Shown here: piece after piece, positions 59,840 to 64,000 of the stretch
How the letters are laid out: every line of letters begins with the position of its first letter
How positions within the stretch are numbered: the stretch's first letter is position 1
Assembly: GCA_000388065.2 (NCBI GenBank)
Contig: KB932206.1
Length of the DNA stretch: 64,000 bases
DNA from: Fonticula alba ATCC 38817
Taxonomy: Eukaryota > Protista > Nucleariida
Strand: one strand, 5' to 3'
Notes under the pieces: generated by a model
What the model was told of the DNA's origin: nothing
Databases searched by the model: none
Seen by the model: the letters and a program-made list of their open reading frames with translations, nothing else
Position numbers and translations under genes: made by a program

Positions 59840-62800
59840 GATTAACTGGGAGGGGGGAGGGAGACTGAAAGGAGGGGGGAGTCAGAGCGGCGGCGCAGGG
59901 ACAGGCTCGGGAAACGCAGGGGGGAGAGGGGCAACCAGGCGCCGAGGCAGCCCGGAGGGCTGAGAGCGGCAGCGAGGAAGGAAGCAAGTGCAAAGCCCAA
60001 GGGCGGAAAGGGGGAGGGTGATTTTGGGGAAGGGAGGGGGGCAGAGGAGATGGCCCAGGTGGGAAGAGGGCGACGGCGGCGCAGGCGCAAAGCAGAGGAA
60101 GGCAGACAGAGGGGAGGGCGAAATGCAAGACGGAGCGCCGTGCGCGGACAGGAGCCGGGGCTCTCCACTCAACAACACCAGTGGAAGGAGCAGAGGAGGN
60201 NNNNNNNNNNNNNNNNNNNNNNNNNNNNNNNNNNNNNNNNNNNNNNNNNNNNNNNNNNNNNNNNNNNNNNNNNNNNNNNNNNNNNNNNNNNNNNNNNNNN
60301 NNNNNNNNNNNNNNNNNNNNNNNNNNNNNNNNNNNNNNNNNNNNNNNNNNNNNNNNNNNNNNNNNNNNNNNNNNNNNNNNNNNNNNNNNNNNNNNNNNNN
60401 NNNNNNNNNNNNNNNNNNNNNNNNNNNNNNNNNNNNNNNNNNNNNNNNNNNNNNNNNNNNNNNNNNNNNNNNNNNNNNNNNNNNNNNNNNNNNNNNNNNN
60501 NNNNNNNNNNNNNNNNNNNNNNNNNNNNNNNNNNNNNNNNNNNNNNNNNNNNNNNNNNNNNNNNNNNNNNNNNNNNNNNNNNNNNNNNNNNNNNNNNNNN
60601 NNNNNNNNNNNNNNNNNNNNNNNNNNNNNNNNNNNNNNNNNNNNNNNNNNNNNNNNNNNNNNNNNNNNNNNNNNNNNNNNNNNNNNNNNNNNNNNNNNNN
60701 NNNNNNNNNNNNNNNNNNNNNNNNNNNNNNNNNNNNNNNNNNNNNNNNNNNNNNNNNNNNNNNNNNNNNNNNNNNNNNNNNNNNNNNNNNNNNNNNNNNN
60801 NNNNNNNNNNNNNNNNNNNNNNNNNNNNNNNNNNNNNNNNNNNNNNNNNNNNNNNNNNNNNNNNNNNNNNNNNNNNNNNNNNNNNNNNNNNNNNNNNNNN
60901 NNNNNNNNNNNNNNNNNNNNNNNNNNNNNNNNNNNNNNNNNNNNNNNNNNNNNNNNNNNNNNNNNNNNNNNNNNNNNNNNNNNNNNNNNNNNNNNNNNNN
61001 NNNNNNNNNNNNNNNNNNNNNNNNNNNNNNNNNNNNNNNNNNNNNNNNNNNNNNNNNNNNNNNNNNNNNNNNNNNNNCCTGGCAACGACAATCCCCGAAT
61101 ACACACGGCACCGGTGCCGAGGGGCCCCGCCCGCCCCGCGCCTGCCCCTGTGGCATTCCCCCGCCCCTGCCTCGGCTCGAGGGCGCCGGGTGTCTGACCG
61201 GGGACGGACTATGTCCTCCCCCCCCCCCCCCGGACCCGGACCCGGACCCGGACCCGGGCTCTGCGGCTGGAGGCCCCGCTGCGAGGGGGGGGGTCACAGG
61301 CGCACGGAGACATGCGCGCACGCGTGCACGCGTGTGTCCCGCCGCGTCTGGGTATCGACGGCATCGCACTGCCACCCCGCACCCGCGCACCCGCGCACCC
61401 GCGCCAGCCCCTTCGTCCCAGCGTGCCCCGGTGCCGGGAATCAAGAAGAAAGTCAGGGTCGCCCGGCCGTCGTCCTCGCAGCCCCCAGGGGAGGAGGGAG
61501 CATGCGGGCACGCCGCGCAGGGAGAGGACGGCCCGCGCGCCGGCCGCAGGACCGCGCAGACACCACAGCAAGCGCACCGTGTCCGGGGGAAAGGCTGAGC
61601 CGGCGGCGGGGGCCATGAACGGTCTGCCCGCCCACCTCCCCCTGGAAGTCCGCCTACCCAGGCACAGCAGCGTGCGCGTACAAGCCCCTTCCCGCCCGCC
61701 CGCCCGCCCCCCACCGCCGTTCAGTCGGCCCAGGTCGGGGGGGCGGGCGCCGCGAGGCCGGCACGGTGCCCAGTCACGGTACGCGGGGCAGGACGGCGCG
61801 AACTGTACACATAAGGTCCGCTGGTCTCTGCGCGCCGGCCCCGGCGGCCTCGAGTGTCCTGGTCCCCCCCGCCCCCCCCGCCCCTCGGCGTTGGGGGCGA
61901 GGCAAAGGGCGGGGAACAGCAGGGCCCGAGGGCCGACAACGGCGCACACGCCGGCGCCGAATGTGTCCCCCCGTCCCCCCGCCCCCCCACCCCCGGCCGC
62001 GGGGGGATGGGGAGCTGGAGAATCTACGCACCCGTTGGGCTGGCCCGAGCCGGGAGCGAATGCCAGATCATCATTCTGACCCCTCAGAAAGAAGCCACCC
62101 GGGTCCCCCCTGTTTGTGTAATATCCCCGCGCCCTGGGGCGAGCCGGCGGCGTACGCGCGCGCACGCGCGCTCCTGCCCCCTCCGTGTGGCGCGGCACGA
62201 AGGCCGCGGCGAAGAGAAACCGCCGCCACGGCAACTCCCCTCGGGCCGTTCGCCGCCACGTCCCGAGGGGCCGCGAAGACCAGCCCGGGTCGTGAAAACA
62301 GGGGGGGCTAGGGGCATTCCTCCGCACCCTCGTGTCCCGGCGAGGGACGCCCCCGCCCCTCGCCCGCCGGCGGCCGTCCGGACGCGCACCCCCCCCCCCC
62401 CCCGGGGGGGGGGGGGGGGGGGGGGGGGGGTCAGATGGGCNNNNNNNNNNNNNNNNNNNNNNNNNNNNNNNNNNNNNNNNNNNNNNNNNNNNNNNNNNNN
62501 NNNNCCGCGCCAGTCCCCCCGCCCCCTCGAGGAACACCCCCCCCCCCCCCCCAGCGGGCTCGGGCGGGAAACAAGCGCGTCGACCCGCGCGGCAGAAAGG
62601 GCCGCGCGAGAGCGCGCAGCAGGGCAGGGGCGGGGAGCAGCCAGGGGCGGCCCCGGGGAGGGCTGGTGACCCGAGGAAAAGTCGATTGCAGGACGCGCGC
62701 GCGCGCAGATTTCTCCCCCCCCTCGCCAGGTGCTTTCGGGGAACGGGGGCCCCCGGGAGGCCCCCACCCCGGCGAGGGGCGCCACACAGCCAGGACGACC

Positions 62801-63609
62801 AACCGGGGGGGTTACAGGGGGCGCAGCGGAAGGGGACACAACACGGGCCGCAAAGAACCCGGACGTCGGTACAGCCACGGCCCGAGTGTGTATCCCCGGG
62901 CGTCAGCCCGGCCCCGGACGCCGGCGACCGGACAAGGGCCGGGTCGACCCATGCGCAAGCTCCATGCAAGACCCGGGAGGCTGGCCCGGGGAGGGCCCGG
63001 GCACGAACAGGCATCACTTCTCCGCGCCGCGCGCCCCCTCCCCCCCCCCCCCCAGCCCCGGGAACGGCGCTGATGCACGGCCGCCCGGCTTCACACCTTT
63101 TACACCCGCATCGGCCACATCACATCCCTTCGGGGCGCGCGGGGAGCGCGGGGGGCGCGGGGCGGGGCGGGGGGGGAGGGGGGGCATCCTGCGCCGGGAA
63201 AAACCACCAGGGAGGGGCACCCCTTGCCGCCCGCCTCCGGCGGAGCCGGCTGCCGTCGGCGGTTGGCGCCCGTTCGCCCGGCCCTGCCCCCTCGGAGCGG
63301 ACCGGGACAAAGAGCGACCACAGGGGGTGGCGGTGTGGGCTCGCCCCCCCCTTTTGCGCGGCTGGCGTTCTCAAGGGGGTGCCCTCCCGGCCCGGGGCAG
63401 GAGGCAGGGAGGGGCCGGGGAGGCACACCCGGGCCGGTAACTGACGTTCCCTAGATACTGCCTCGAGGGAGAGTAGCAGCCAGTGCCCGGGGGGCGGGGG
63501 CGGGGGGGGGGGGCTGAGCGGCATGAGGCGTGCCGCCACGGCCCCGACGGACCGGCAAAGTGAGCACCTCCTCCGGTGCGGACGGGCCCGTGTTTCACGC
63601 ATCTGCGTG

Positions 63610-63912
63610 GCCCGGCTGGGAAGTGGCTCGCAGGGCTCCAGGGACGTGTGTCACCGCACCCCGACCGGGGGGTGTTTTTGCGGGGGATGCTCCAGGGAGC
63701 TGCGGACAGCCAGTAGGCTACGAGGAGGGGGGGGGCGCGTGACAAGGNNNNNNNNNNNNNNNNNNNNNNNNNNNNNNNNNGCCCGGCTGGGAAGTGGCTC
63801 GCAGGGCTCCAGGGACGTGTGTCACCGCACCCCGACCGGGGGGTGTTTTTGCGGGGGATGCTCCAGGGAGCTGCGGACAGCCAGTAGGCTACGAGGAGGG
63901 GGGGGGCGCGTG
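63610..63912. repeat. 132-bp exact direct duplication (63610-63741 and 63781-63912) flanking a short N gap; probable contig-overlap artefact
   Basis: The two copies are identical and separated by ACAAGG plus 33 N. Confidence 0.8.
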
Positions 63913-64000
63913 GGCGACCAGGGGCCGGCGAGAGACAGACAGACGGCCCGCGTGAAGGGGACAGAGGCATAGCGAGGCAGGAGAGCCAGACAAAGCGGAG

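Noticed and set aside
61078-63600. Multiple long overlapping ORFs in very GC-rich DNA
   Set aside because: R/P/G/A-rich translations in all frames are expected at this GC content. No domain is recognisable, so this is probably regulatory or intergenic DNA.
63610-63912. 132-bp direct repeat, possibly an LTR or tandem duplication
   Set aside because: Identical copies flanking a 33-N gap are the typical signature of an unmerged contig overlap.

Overview
GC-rich, intron-containing eukaryotic genomic DNA from a draft assembly with many N gaps. The gene content is opisthokont-like. A nucleariid/Fonticula-type protist is my guess from composition and gene content, not something I verified. I rebuilt spliced gene models by hand from GT..AG boundaries that keep the reading frame. 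About 17 genes: UTP12/WDR3 (-, partial), a ~1420-aa FG-nucleoporin with an N-terminal hydrophobic segment (-), a hypothetical protein (+), RPS13 (+), the Pol III subunit RPC31/RPC7 (-), a small gap-truncated ORF (+), a NERD-type PD-(D/E)xK nuclease (+), DIM1 (+), SAM synthetase (+), BolA1 (-), COA3 (-), mL54 (-), a NOT4/CNOT4-like RRM-C3H1 protein (-), a 970-aa protein ending in a DNL zinc finger (-), a kaptin/KPTN-like protein (+), AAR2 (-), an SRRM1-like PWI/RS protein (+) and Rap1 (-). I found no rRNA, tRNA, CRISPR array or recognisable transposon. Best leads: a candidate KICSTOR subunit (kaptin), a POM121/Nup153-like architecture, a giant Zim17/Hep1-like protein, an apparently RING-less NOT4, a spliced NERD nuclease, an unusually long RPS13 intron, and poly(C) tracts on the sense strand of nearly every intron. 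All family calls come from remembered motifs, not from database searches.
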